The notes under the pieces were generated by a model. The model did not search any database. It saw nothing but the letters and a program-made list of their open reading frames with translations, and was not told the origin of the DNA. From an uncultured Myxococcales bacterium (GTDB lineage Bacteria; Desulfobacterota; Binatia; UBA1149; JAJCZL01): DNA of 40,201 bases. The stretch is from positions 1 through 40,201 of the forward strand of contig CAZKLE010000001.1 in assembly GCA_964553415.1 (NCBI GenBank), written 5' to 3'. This document shows positions 7,662 through 16,373 of this stretch, piece after piece. The stretch's first letter is position 1; every line of letters starts with the position of its first letter. The position numbers were made by a program, and so were the translations under genes.

Positions 7662-8594
7662 ATGAAGCGCATATTCTATATCACCCTGCTGGCGCTCTTC
7701 GTCTATGCCCCCAGCTCTGCGCTGGCTTCCAACTGCGGTCGACCGGCGAGCAAGGATCTGGTTCCCCAAGCCGTCGACTCGCTCTACATTCTGCAATCGG
7801 CGGTCGGCGCTCGCGAGTGCCGTCTCGAGGACTGCGATATCAACTCGGATTGCCGCATCAGCGTTTCGGACGCGCTCGGCACGCTGCGTTCGGCGGTCGG
7901 CGACGATGATGTCGAGCTCGGCTGTCGTAGTGAGTGCCCGACGACCGTGCCTTGCGGTTCCGAGAATGCGCCCATGTGCAACGGCACCTGTCCCGCTGAC
8001 CAGGCTTGCATGCCGGTCGTCGGCGACGGCGAGGATCACGACGATCGGGTTACCATCTGCCACTTGCCGCCCGGTAACCCGGGCAACGCACGCACACTGG
8101 TCGTAGGCGAGTCCTCCGTGCCGGCGCATCTGAGTCATGGCGACGAGCTGGGCCCTTGTGAAGACTTGGGCATGGGCCTGTCCTCGGTTACTCGCGACAG
8201 GGGGGAGGACGATCACGGGGACAGCGACGGGCACGACGAGGCGGACCTCGGCGACGAGCATGGAGACAGTGACGGCGCTGCTCCTGAGCCTGGACAAGCC
8301 GATTGCGTATGTGTGCCGATCGATATCACGACGACCACGACGATGGCCCCGGCAACGACCACCACGACCACCATGGGGCCGAGCATTGCGGCGGGACAGG
8401 CGATCTACGATACGCGTTGCCAGTTCTGCCACAGCGCCGGTACCCACGATACGACGGGTGGTCCGGGGGGATCGCTGACACGGAAAGGCTCGCGGCTCAG
8501 GAACAACCTCGGCAGCATCAGCGGACAGATGACCGGCTTGACGCTGACGAATCAGGAACTCGGCGACCTTGCGGCCTTCCTGAATTCGCTCTAA
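7662..8594 (+). CDS. Secreted modular c-type cytochrome (dockerin-like module, His/Asp-rich acidic region, poly-Thr linker, class I cytochrome c domain)
   Basis: ATG 7662 is followed by the signal peptide MKRIFYITLLALFVYAPSSALA. An EF-hand/dockerin-like loop reads DINSDCRISVSD+ALGTLRSAVG. A Thr-rich linker follows. The C-terminal CQFCH heme motif has a downstream Met (GQMTG). Confidence 0.8.
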   Translation: MKRIFYITLLALFVYAPSSALASNCGRPASKDLVPQAVDSLYILQSAVGARECRLEDCDINSDCRISVSDALGTLRSAVGDDDVELGCRSECPTTVPCGSENAPMCNGTCPADQACMPVVGDGEDHDDRVTICHLPPGNPGNARTLVVGESSVPAHLSHGDELGPCEDLGMGLSSVTRDRGEDDHGDSDGHDEADLGDEHGDSDGAAPEPGQADCVCVPIDITTTTTMAPATTTTTTMGPSIAAGQAIYDTRCQFCHSAGTHDTTGGPGGSLTRKGSRLRNNLGSISGQMTGLTLTNQELGDLAAFLNSL

Positions 8595-8740
8595 TCGAGC
8601 CTCGTACATAGACGGGCGTCGCCGGTATGCGGAGGCTTGCGTTGCGGCGGTTCCATGCGCATGGTCCGAGCCTGAGAACCGGTATGCGGGCGACTCAAAC
8701 GCAACAGTTAGGCGAGGGGGAAAGCGGCGGCGTGTTTGCG

Positions 8741-11173
8741 ATGATCGTCCGCCATCCGTGGATGTTGCTGATCGCGGTTTTGACCATGACCGTCGGTTTC
8801 AGCGTGCATCTCAACCGCCTGCGCATGGATCCCGACGTCGAGGCCTATGTGCCCAAGCACCATCCGGTTCGTACCTTTTGGCACAAGACGGAAAAAGATT
8901 TCATGCTTCGCGACGAGATGCTGCTCGCTCTTGTCGCCGACGGCAAGGATGGCATCTATACTCCCGAGATTCTCGCGGGCATCGCCGATCTGACCGAAAA
9001 AGTTCGCGAGCAACCGGCGGTATTCGCCAACGAGGTGCACAGTCTGTCGCAAGCCAAAGCGATGGTGGCGACCAACGATGCGCTCGATTTGGTGCCGTTC
9101 TACGATACCCCGCCCACCAATGCCGCCGGTGTCGAGGCTGTGCACCAAGCGGTCGAGCGTAACCCGGTCTACCTCGATCGTCTCGTTTCGCGTGGGGGTG
9201 ACGTAGCGGTCATTCAATTCCGTATCGACCGCGATGCAGCGCCTTTGGCTCAGACCTATGCCGGCCTACTGAAGATGATCGCTGCCCGGCCGGTGCCGGG
9301 CGTCCGGGTTCTGTTGACGGGGAAACCGGCGATCGAGGCCGTCTACGCGCGGCAAATGGCGGAAGACCTGGGTCGTTTGATCCCGGTTTCCATGTTGGTC
9401 GTCCTCACCGTGCTGTTTGTCTGTTTCCGTTCTATGTCCATCGGCACTCTTTTGTTCAGAACCGGCGTGCTGTGGGTGGGCTTGATCGTAGGGCAAGCGC
9501 TGATCGGCCATGTCGCAAGTTTGCTCGGGCTCGGCGCTCTGGCGTTCGGGCTTGCGCTGTTGACGGCACGCGGAGTGGTGACGCCGACGCTGGTCGTGCT
9601 CCTGGCGTTGCTTTGGACCTGGGGCTTGCAGGCCTGGATGGATGCGCCGATTTACGTAACCAGCATCATCATGCCGCCTCTGTTATTGGCCATCGGCTGT
9701 GCCGATGGCATTCATATCTACGAGCGCTACGAGGAGAAGATTCAAGAGGGGCTCGAGCGACCGCAGGCCATTGTGCAAGCCATGCGAGGCGTCTGGCGGC
9801 CGGTGATGTTGACTTCCTTGACGACGGCCGCAGGGTTCGCTTCTTTGGCCACGGTCGACATGACCGCCTTCCAATCGTTGGGGCTGTTTTCGGCTTTCGG
9901 GATTCTCGTGGCCATGGTGCTGTCGCTGGCCCTCATCCCGGCGATGCTGGCGTTGATGCCGGCACCGGCCGTGGCGCCCCATCAAGCGATTTCGGCGCGC
10001 CTGCTGGTACTCCTGGGCGAGCGCGTCCATCGCCATCGCCGCGTAGTGATTGCGGCCAGTGGAGTGATCATGGCGGTGGCGTTGCTTCTCACGCTGCGTG
10101 TGCGTGTCGATTATTCGTGGGTGGAGTCGTTACAGGAAGGTACGCCTGCGCTGATAGCCGACCGTGAACTTCGCGCGCGTCACGGCGGTACGACGCCGCT
10201 CGACATCATCGTCGAAACGCCGGACGCGGGTGGGATCAAGGAGCCGGCGGTGCTGAAGGCCATGGATGCGACCATGGACGAACTCGGCAAAGACCCGTTT
10301 GTCGGCGACACCCGGTCGCTGGCCGAGTATGTCAAGCGCATGAACCAGGCGATGAATGGAGACCGTACCGACGCCTACGTGATCCCCAAGAGCCGTAATC
10401 TCGTTGCCCAGTATTTGTTGCTGTATTCGATGGCGGGCGATCCCGGTGAACTCGACGACATGGTCGATTACGATTATCGACGCGCGAACCTGGTGGCCCA
10501 CTTGCGTACCGATGCGATGGCGAAGATGGACGAGGTGATCGGCCGTACCGAGGGACTTCTCGATACCAACTTGCGGCCGCTCGGCGTGAAGGCGACCGTG
10601 ACGGGCTCGGCGATGATGCAGCATACGGTTTTACATCTGATCTTCATGGGTCAGGTCTATTCGCTGCTTGTGGCTACGGTGCTCGTGTTTGTGATTTTGT
10701 GTCTGATCTATCGTTCTGCGGTGTACGCTCTGGTGTGCATGCTGCCGCCGGCGGTCGCGGCGCTGCTGACCTTCGGCACTATGGGCGCCCTCGGCATTGC
10801 GCTCGGCCCGAATCAGGCGGTGATCAGTGCGATCGCACTCGGAATCGGCATCGATTATTCGATTCATCTGATCAGCCGGATCGTTGCGCAGACCGAACGC
10901 GGAATCGGTTTGGAGGAGGCGATCGGACACACTCTTGCCACCACGGGCCGCGGAGTTCTGTTCAACGCTGCAGTCGTGGTGGCTGGGTTCGCAATACTGG
11001 CGTTGTCGCGTTCGCCGAGCAACGTCAGCTTTGGACTTCTCATTGCAAGCAATATGGCGGCGTGCTGCGTTGCCGCTTTGATCTTGGTTCCGGCGGTCCT
11101 GAGTGTGCTGCACGAGCGAGAAGTTCTCGATCGATCCCGACTTGCCCGGGTTACGGAATCAGAGGCGTGCTGA
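8741..11173 (+). CDS. RND-superfamily exporter (MMPL/SSD type, COG1033-like)
   Basis: The ORF is about 810 aa with two blocks of about 6 TM helices separated by soluble loops. The start is uncertain: in-frame ATGs lie at 8627, 8684 and 8741. I chose 8741 because the first TM helix starts right after MIVRHPWMLLIAVL. Confidence 0.7.
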   Translation: MIVRHPWMLLIAVLTMTVGFSVHLNRLRMDPDVEAYVPKHHPVRTFWHKTEKDFMLRDEMLLALVADGKDGIYTPEILAGIADLTEKVREQPAVFANEVHSLSQAKAMVATNDALDLVPFYDTPPTNAAGVEAVHQAVERNPVYLDRLVSRGGDVAVIQFRIDRDAAPLAQTYAGLLKMIAARPVPGVRVLLTGKPAIEAVYARQMAEDLGRLIPVSMLVVLTVLFVCFRSMSIGTLLFRTGVLWVGLIVGQALIGHVASLLGLGALAFGLALLTARGVVTPTLVVLLALLWTWGLQAWMDAPIYVTSIIMPPLLLAIGCADGIHIYERYEEKIQEGLERPQAIVQAMRGVWRPVMLTSLTTAAGFASLATVDMTAFQSLGLFSAFGILVAMVLSLALIPAMLALMPAPAVAPHQAISARLLVLLGERVHRHRRVVIAASGVIMAVALLLTLRVRVDYSWVESLQEGTPALIADRELRARHGGTTPLDIIVETPDAGGIKEPAVLKAMDATMDELGKDPFVGDTRSLAEYVKRMNQAMNGDRTDAYVIPKSRNLVAQYLLLYSMAGDPGELDDMVDYDYRRANLVAHLRTDAMAKMDEVIGRTEGLLDTNLRPLGVKATVTGSAMMQHTVLHLIFMGQVYSLLVATVLVFVILCLIYRSAVYALVCMLPPAVAALLTFGTMGALGIALGPNQAVISAIALGIGIDYSIHLISRIVAQTERGIGLEEAIGHTLATTGRGVLFNAAVVVAGFAILALSRSPSNVSFGLLIASNMAACCVAALILVPAVLSVLHEREVLDRSRLARVTESEAC

Positions 11174-11333
11174 AGAGGGTGACGATCTCGCTTTCGAAAG
11201 CCGAGATTGCGCCGATCGTCGCCAAAGCGACGAATGCCAAAAGAAGCGCGTACTCGGTCATGGAAGCGCCGCGTTGGTCGCTCCATAGGCAGGCCAAAAT
11301 GTCCGACAGGGTGAGTATGAGGTGCTTGGGCAT
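11151..11333 (-). CDS. flp: Flp/Fap-family type IVb pilin precursor
   Basis: ATG 11333 is preceded by AAGGAG. The 60-aa product carries the Flp processing motif G/ASMTEYALLLAFVALATI (G-XXXXEY plus a hydrophobic helix). Confidence 0.7.
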   Translation of the reverse strand: MPKHLILTLSDILACLWSDQRGASMTEYALLLAFVALATIGAISAFESEIVTLFSTPLIP

Positions 11334-11481
11334 GCAGTTGGCTCTCCTTGCCCGTACCGACAAGCAACCCGTGTGCCAAGAAAACCCCCTAGAATCATGG
11401 ATTTGTCATGCCGTGGCCTGGGAAGGGTGAAGGATCCAGGTTCAAAAATGCACCTGCTGTCGAGAATGTAGCGCTGCGTAC

Positions 11482-12051
11482 TCAGGGGCTAAGCCATGTG
11501 GCCAATAGCGGGCCGAGCTCGCGAAGAGCGTGTGAGGACCGCTCGGTACGGCAGACGACCAGAGCCCCGTTGAGTGCTGAAACGATCGCCGAGCCGGCTG
11601 CCGCTGCTTGGCGGGGCGCTAGCCCGCGGCTCTGTAAGGCTACGGCGACGCGGCGCTTCCAGGTTTGATAGCATTGGCGGCACGCATCCGAGAGGGCTGC
11701 GGAGCCGGTCGCGGTCTCGAACGCGAGGCCTACCAGTAGACAGCCGTCGGAGTAATTCGACTGCTCGAGCCGCTGCGCGAATCCTCGGGTAAGCGCTCGC
11801 AGGTAGCCGGACACGCGGCTGCTATGCTGCTCGGCCTGCTCGAACAGCATTTGTACATCCTCGTCGGCGCGTGCCAGCGCTTCGAGTCCGAGTTGCTCCT
11901 TGCCGTGCGGAAAGTGGTGGTAGAAGGAACCTTTAGGACACCCGCTCTCTTCGACGATCTGCGCCAGCCCGGTGCCGTGATAGCCCTGCTGTTGGAACAG
12001 TCGTACGGCCGTGCGTACGGCTTTTTCTCGTGCGTCGGTTTTCTTCGGCAT
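11482..12051 (-). CDS. TetR/AcrR-family transcriptional regulator
   Basis: The N-terminal HTH is AVRTAVRLFQQQGYHGTGLAQIVEESGCPKGSFYHHFPHGKEQL. Confidence 0.85.
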   Translation of the reverse strand: MPKKTDAREKAVRTAVRLFQQQGYHGTGLAQIVEESGCPKGSFYHHFPHGKEQLGLEALARADEDVQMLFEQAEQHSSRVSGYLRALTRGFAQRLEQSNYSDGCLLVGLAFETATGSAALSDACRQCYQTWKRRVAVALQSRGLAPRQAAAAGSAIVSALNGALVVCRTERSSHALRELGPLLATWLSP

Positions 12052-12058
12052 CTTGTGC

Positions 12059-12085
12059 GTAACCGTCTTGTATTATGACGGTCAC
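12059..12085. promoter_or_regulatory. Candidate TetR operator: GTAACCGTC-N9-GACGGTCAC
   Basis: An imperfect 9-bp inverted repeat (8/9) lies 8 bp upstream of the TetR start, in the TetR/DJ-1 divergent region. The spacer contains TATTAT. Confidence 0.4.
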
Positions 12086-12208
12086 CCGATATAGTACCAC
12101 CTACCGAGGCACGCCGCATAGGTCTGAAGAGGGGAAGGGAGCGGTTGGCGGTGAGTCACGCAGGGTCGCCCGGAGCCGGGGGCAAAGGGCGGCCCGCCGT
12201 GTCGCGCA

Positions 12209-12844
12209 ATGGAAATAGCGATACTTCTTTACAACAGCTTTACTGCTCTGGATGCGATTGGGCCCTACGAAGTACTCAGCCGGATTCCGGGCGCACAAGT
12301 AAAGTTTGTCGCCGTCGAGAAAGGGATTGTACGCACCGATACCCGGGCTCTGGGAATCGAAGCCGACTACGGCTTGGACGAAGTCGGCAAGCCGCAGATT
12401 GTGCTGGTCCCGGGTGGACCCGGCGACGAAGCCGCGGCAAGCGACGAGCGTATTCTCGATTGGCTGCGCCGGGTGCACGAAACGAGCAAATGGACGACCT
12501 CGGTTTGCACAGGCTCGATCGTACTTGCTGCGGCCGGGTTGTTGAACGGGCTGGAGGCCACGACCCATTGGGCGGCCTACAACCGACTACGTGCGCGTGG
12601 CGCGTTGCCGGTAGCCAAACGCGTGGTTCGCAGCGGCAAAGTGGTGACGGCCGCCGGGGTTTCCGCCGGCATCGACATGGGCTTGGAATTGCTGCGCGAT
12701 GAGATGGGAGACGAGTTCGCCCAGGGCATCCAGCTGGCGATTGAGTACGATCCTCAGCCACCGTTCGACTCCGGCTCTCCGGCCAAGGCTCCCCGACAGG
12801 TCGTCGAGATGCTGCAGGCCTACTTTGCAGCTGTTGACCGCTGA
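12209..12844 (+). CDS. DJ-1/PfpI-family protein
   Basis: The protein starts MEIAILLYNSFTALDAIGPYEV. The nucleophile-elbow Cys is in SVCTGSIVLAAAGLL. Confidence 0.8.
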   Translation: MEIAILLYNSFTALDAIGPYEVLSRIPGAQVKFVAVEKGIVRTDTRALGIEADYGLDEVGKPQIVLVPGGPGDEAAASDERILDWLRRVHETSKWTTSVCTGSIVLAAAGLLNGLEATTHWAAYNRLRARGALPVAKRVVRSGKVVTAAGVSAGIDMGLELLRDEMGDEFAQGIQLAIEYDPQPPFDSGSPAKAPRQVVEMLQAYFAAVDR

Positions 12845-12886
12845 TGTTCGCCATGCCGTGCTGGCGCTGCACGCCGTGTCCTACAA

Positions 12887-14284
12887 TCAGGCGCTAGGGA
12901 CGCTGATTCCCGGGCGTAGCGCTTTCTCTAGCGAAACGGCAAAACGTTCGGCTTCATCGGCTTCGAGCGTGGACGTCGTCACGCGAATCGCCGCTCCCGA
13001 CAGCAGCCGAAAACGCTCGCCGGGAGCGACCGCCCAGCCCGCGCGCCGAAGATGCTCGACGGTGCCGATCTCACTGCCGACACGGATCCACACGTTCATT
13101 CCCGAAACGCCGCTACCGTGAATGCCGTGCCGCTCGAGGGCCTCGAGCAAGCCCCGCCGCCGACGCTCATAGCTGCGCTCGGCCTTACGTAGTGCCGATC
13201 TCAGCTCGGGGCTTGCCCACAGTTGTGCAACCAATGCCTGCAAAATGTGGCTGACCCAGCCCATGGCAGCCGCCTGCCGTTCTTCGACTGCGGTGATGGT
13301 TCCTGAATCGCCGGCGACGACGGCCAGTCTCAAGTCGGGTCCGAGCGACTTGGAAACCGATCGAACGACCGCCCAGCGAGCTGTGTCCTTTCGCACGAGC
13401 GTAACGGCGTCGACTCCTGCGACCCCGGCCGCGTGATCGTCTTCAATGAGCAAGACGTCGGGATAGCGCGCGAGCAAGTTGACCAGCATTCGCCGGCGAC
13501 GTTCGGTTATAGCCAGACCTGTCGGGTTCTGCGCCCGCGGAGTAACGATGAGCGCCTGTGCGGCCGCAGTTCCTTTGCGTCTTGGTTCGCCGAGCAGTCC
13601 TCTCAACGTGCCGGGGTGGGGCCCTTCGCGGTCGATGCGCATTGGCAACGCCACGAGCCCGAGCGCGCGGACGAGTTCGATGACGCCCGCGAAGCCTGGA
13701 TCCTCAATGATCACTCGATCGCCCGGCCGCAAACAGGCCGATAGGACTCGCTCGATGCCGTCGAGTGCACCACTGGTTACCGCGACGTGCCCGGCATCGA
13801 TTCCGTCACGCTCGAACTGTTTCCGTGCCAAGTCCAGGAGCCGTGCGGACTTGAGTTCAGCCCCATAGAGTAGCGGCGCAACGTCCAGACGTTGGAGGGC
13901 GGGCCGCAGAGCGGGGAGCAGCAAGGGATCAGGATTTCCATCCGAAAGATCGCGAAGGCCGGCCGCTGCGGGTGGCTCCAGCTGCCGCCCCGACGGTGGT
14001 CCGGGACTCACGTGTGTGCCGCGTCGGCCGTCGGCCGTAATCCAGCCCCGCTGCCTAAGTAGGCGATAGGCATGAGCTGCCGTCGCTGAGCTTACGCTGG
14101 ATTGACGGGCAAGCTCGCGAACCGTCGGCAAGCTCTCCCCAGGTCTCCGTTGCCCCTCGCGTATGGCGGTCTCGAGCGTGGCGGCAATCACGGCCGCGGA
14201 TTTCTTCCTTTTGAACGGTCTGCCGGGTGAGCTTGCGATGATGGGGTCCTGTGGCTTGCGTCGCCCGGCTCGGGCGACGGGCAT
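12887..14284 (-). CDS. MocR/GabR-type regulator (GntR HTH fused to PLP aminotransferase-like domain)
   Basis: The HTH is LPTVRELARQSSVSSATAAHAYRLLRQRGWI. A fold-type I aminotransferase domain follows, with the Lys motif SVSKSLGPDLRLA. Confidence 0.85.
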   Translation of the reverse strand: MPVARAGRRKPQDPIIASSPGRPFKRKKSAAVIAATLETAIREGQRRPGESLPTVRELARQSSVSSATAAHAYRLLRQRGWITADGRRGTHVSPGPPSGRQLEPPAAAGLRDLSDGNPDPLLLPALRPALQRLDVAPLLYGAELKSARLLDLARKQFERDGIDAGHVAVTSGALDGIERVLSACLRPGDRVIIEDPGFAGVIELVRALGLVALPMRIDREGPHPGTLRGLLGEPRRKGTAAAQALIVTPRAQNPTGLAITERRRRMLVNLLARYPDVLLIEDDHAAGVAGVDAVTLVRKDTARWAVVRSVSKSLGPDLRLAVVAGDSGTITAVEERQAAAMGWVSHILQALVAQLWASPELRSALRKAERSYERRRRGLLEALERHGIHGSGVSGMNVWIRVGSEIGTVEHLRRAGWAVAPGERFRLLSGAAIRVTTSTLEADEAERFAVSLEKALRPGISVPSA

Positions 14285-14292
14285 CTATTTGT

Positions 14293-14355
14293 AGGTTGAT
14301 CAGCTTTGTACTAGCACAAACATAAGTTTTGTACTAGTACAAAGCTGATCAACCT
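14293..14355. repeat. Perfect 22-bp inverted repeat (AGGTTGATCAGCTTTGTACTAG / CTAGTACAAAGCTGATCAACCT) with a 19-bp spacer; candidate MocR operator
   Basis: The arms lie at 14293-14314 and 14334-14355. TTTGTACTAG occurs as a direct repeat at 14305 and 14328. GTACTAGTAC is itself palindromic. The element is AT-rich in a GC-rich genome and starts 8 bp from the MocR start codon. Confidence 0.7.
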
Positions 14356-14356
14356 G

Positions 14357-14379
14357 GCGGGGAGTGTCCACCTCCCCGC
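14357..14379 (-). terminator. GC hairpin GCGGGGAG-N7-CTCCCCGC downstream of the acyl-CoA dehydrogenase gene
   Basis: A perfect 8-bp stem with only a weak T-tract. Confidence 0.3.
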
Positions 14380-14500
14380 GCATCGAGTAATAGCCGCCCG
14401 AGGAAGCCGATGAACAACGAAGAAAGCGAAGACCCCGACGGTGCGGAGCTGGGCGTTACTGACCGGACCTGCGTCTGCGTTCCGCGGTGTCCATGCCCGG

Positions 14501-15751
14501 CTATCGTTTGGCTTGCTTGCCGAACAAGATCCCCGCCACCCGGCGCAGTTGAATTTCCTCGGATCCCTCGGTGATGCGGTAACGCCGATGGTGGCGGTAG
14601 ATATGTTCAAAGGGTTTGTGGCGAGTGTAGCCTATGCCGCCGTGCACCTGAATGGCACGGTCGGAGGCGTCGCAAACCAGGCGATTCGCGCGGTAGTTGC
14701 ACATGGAAACCTTGTCGGTAACGTCCATGTGATGAGCACCGGTGTCCATCTGTACGGCGGTTTTGTAGATTAACCCGCGCAGCATTTCGGCCTCGGTCTG
14801 CAGTTCCGCCAAGGGGAATTGAATCGCCTGGTTGGTCCACAGAGGCTTACCGAAGACGACGCGTTCGCGTGCGTAGGCAACGCTTTCGTCGATGCAGTAT
14901 TGGGCGGCGCCCAGGCTCGAGGCCGCCTGGCGAATGCGGTTTTCATGGACGAAGGTCTGCGCCAGCTCGAGTCCGCGTCCCTCGCGCCCGAGGATGCTCG
15001 AGTTCTTGACGCGGACCTTGTCGAGAGAGACTTCCGCGTGGTCGCTCGGCATGTTGAAGCCCCACCACATGAACTCAACTTTGAAACCCGGGAGATCGGT
15101 CGGAATGAGAAAACAGCTGATGCCGTCGGCATCACCGGGCTCGCCGGAGCTGCGCGCGAAGATGAGGTCGTAGTTCGCGTTGTGCAGACCTGAGTTGAAG
15201 CGCTTGCAGCCGCTCAGAATCCACTCTTCTCCGTCACGAACGGCGGTGGTTTCGAGCCAGGTCGCATCGCTGCCGTGGCGGGGTTCGGTCAGGCCGAAGC
15301 CGACCCGGTGGGTGCCGGTGATCATGCCTTCCAAGAAGTCGCGTTTTTGTTCGTTGCTGCCGAAGCGATTCACCATGATGACGACCGGAAAGTTGCCGAC
15401 GACCGAGGATTCGTTTTGCAGATCGTTGTGCAGGCCGAGCCCTCGGTGGGCAAGATGTTCGCGGATCACCGCCATCCCGAGGTTGCTGCCGCCGCTGCCG
15501 CCGAGTTCTTTGCGCAGACCGTAACGGAGAAAGCCTGCGGCGTCGGCGCGCCGTCGCATCTCGGCCAGCAACGCTTCCCAGTCCTCGCGCGGGCACCCGC
15601 CGCCCTCCCAGTCGGTGCGCGCGTTCTCGCGGCGGTGATCGAAGAAACGCGCATTGTCATCCTCGCGTTCGAGCGGGGTGATCTCCTTTTCGATGAAAGC
15701 GTCGAGTTCGGCCAGTGTTGCTTGGATGTCAGCGGGAATCTCAAAGTCCAT
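14501..15751 (-). CDS. Acyl-CoA dehydrogenase family protein
   Basis: A 416-aa ORF with ACAD-like N-, middle and C-domains (e.g. GLTEPRHGSDA, QVHGGIGY). Confidence 0.85.
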   Translation of the reverse strand: MDFEIPADIQATLAELDAFIEKEITPLEREDDNARFFDHRRENARTDWEGGGCPREDWEALLAEMRRRADAAGFLRYGLRKELGGSGGSNLGMAVIREHLAHRGLGLHNDLQNESSVVGNFPVVIMVNRFGSNEQKRDFLEGMITGTHRVGFGLTEPRHGSDATWLETTAVRDGEEWILSGCKRFNSGLHNANYDLIFARSSGEPGDADGISCFLIPTDLPGFKVEFMWWGFNMPSDHAEVSLDKVRVKNSSILGREGRGLELAQTFVHENRIRQAASSLGAAQYCIDESVAYARERVVFGKPLWTNQAIQFPLAELQTEAEMLRGLIYKTAVQMDTGAHHMDVTDKVSMCNYRANRLVCDASDRAIQVHGGIGYTRHKPFEHIYRHHRRYRITEGSEEIQLRRVAGILFGKQAKR

Positions 15752-15846
15752 GGCAGGTGACTATAGGCTTCGGTCCGAGGCGAGAAAATGCATGCGGCTT
15801 CGGGTAGTTGCCTTTGTCGCGGGGTAGGCTTTACACTCGCGTCGTC

Positions 15847-16263
15847 TTGATCGTTTCGCTCGCGAATATCCGCAGACCCTGGGTTGCGGCGCTGGTGGCC
15901 ATGATGGCGTTATGGCTGCCACTGGGGCCGGCCGCACCCGCGTTGGCCTCGTGGATGTCGGCCATGCCTTGTCATGCCCCGCGCGAGCGGCTGCCGTGCC
16001 ATGGCGGTCTCGCTGGGAGCAGTGCCGCGGGGTCGCCGGCTTGTTGCTGCAGGCGTTTGGCCATCAGAAGTACCCCGTGCAGCTGTGGCCACCGCGCTGT
16101 CCGATCGATCCTGTCTGCGCCCGAGGGGGTCATTCGGCCTGCAGCGCGGCTGCAGGCTCCCCAGTGGGTTGCGAGTCTTTTTGCGGCGCCGTCAGCGTAC
16201 CGCCTCCGTCCGTCGGAGCGGCCCCCTCATAGGCCGCCGATCCTCTCCGTCTCCTCCCTGTAA
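15847..16263 (+). CDS. Hypothetical small secreted Cys/His-rich protein (possible metal-handling, DUF2946-like idea only)
   Basis: A TTG start gives MIVSLANIRRPWVAALVAMMALWLPLGPAAPALA/SW (signal-peptide-like). Then come PCH, PCH, CCC and CSCGH motifs. Third-position GC is high. No SD was seen, and the start and the reality of the gene are uncertain. Confidence 0.3.
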   Translation: MIVSLANIRRPWVAALVAMMALWLPLGPAAPALASWMSAMPCHAPRERLPCHGGLAGSSAAGSPACCCRRLAIRSTPCSCGHRAVRSILSAPEGVIRPAARLQAPQWVASLFAAPSAYRLRPSERPPHRPPILSVSSL

Positions 16264-16373
16264 GCAAGAAATCCAACGCAAGACAGATACAGGCGTCGCT
16301 ACGGTGCGCCTGCCTGTTGCGCACGCTTGCACGTGCGCCGCGTGCAGTCGCCGCCTTCGAAGAGGAAAGGAAC

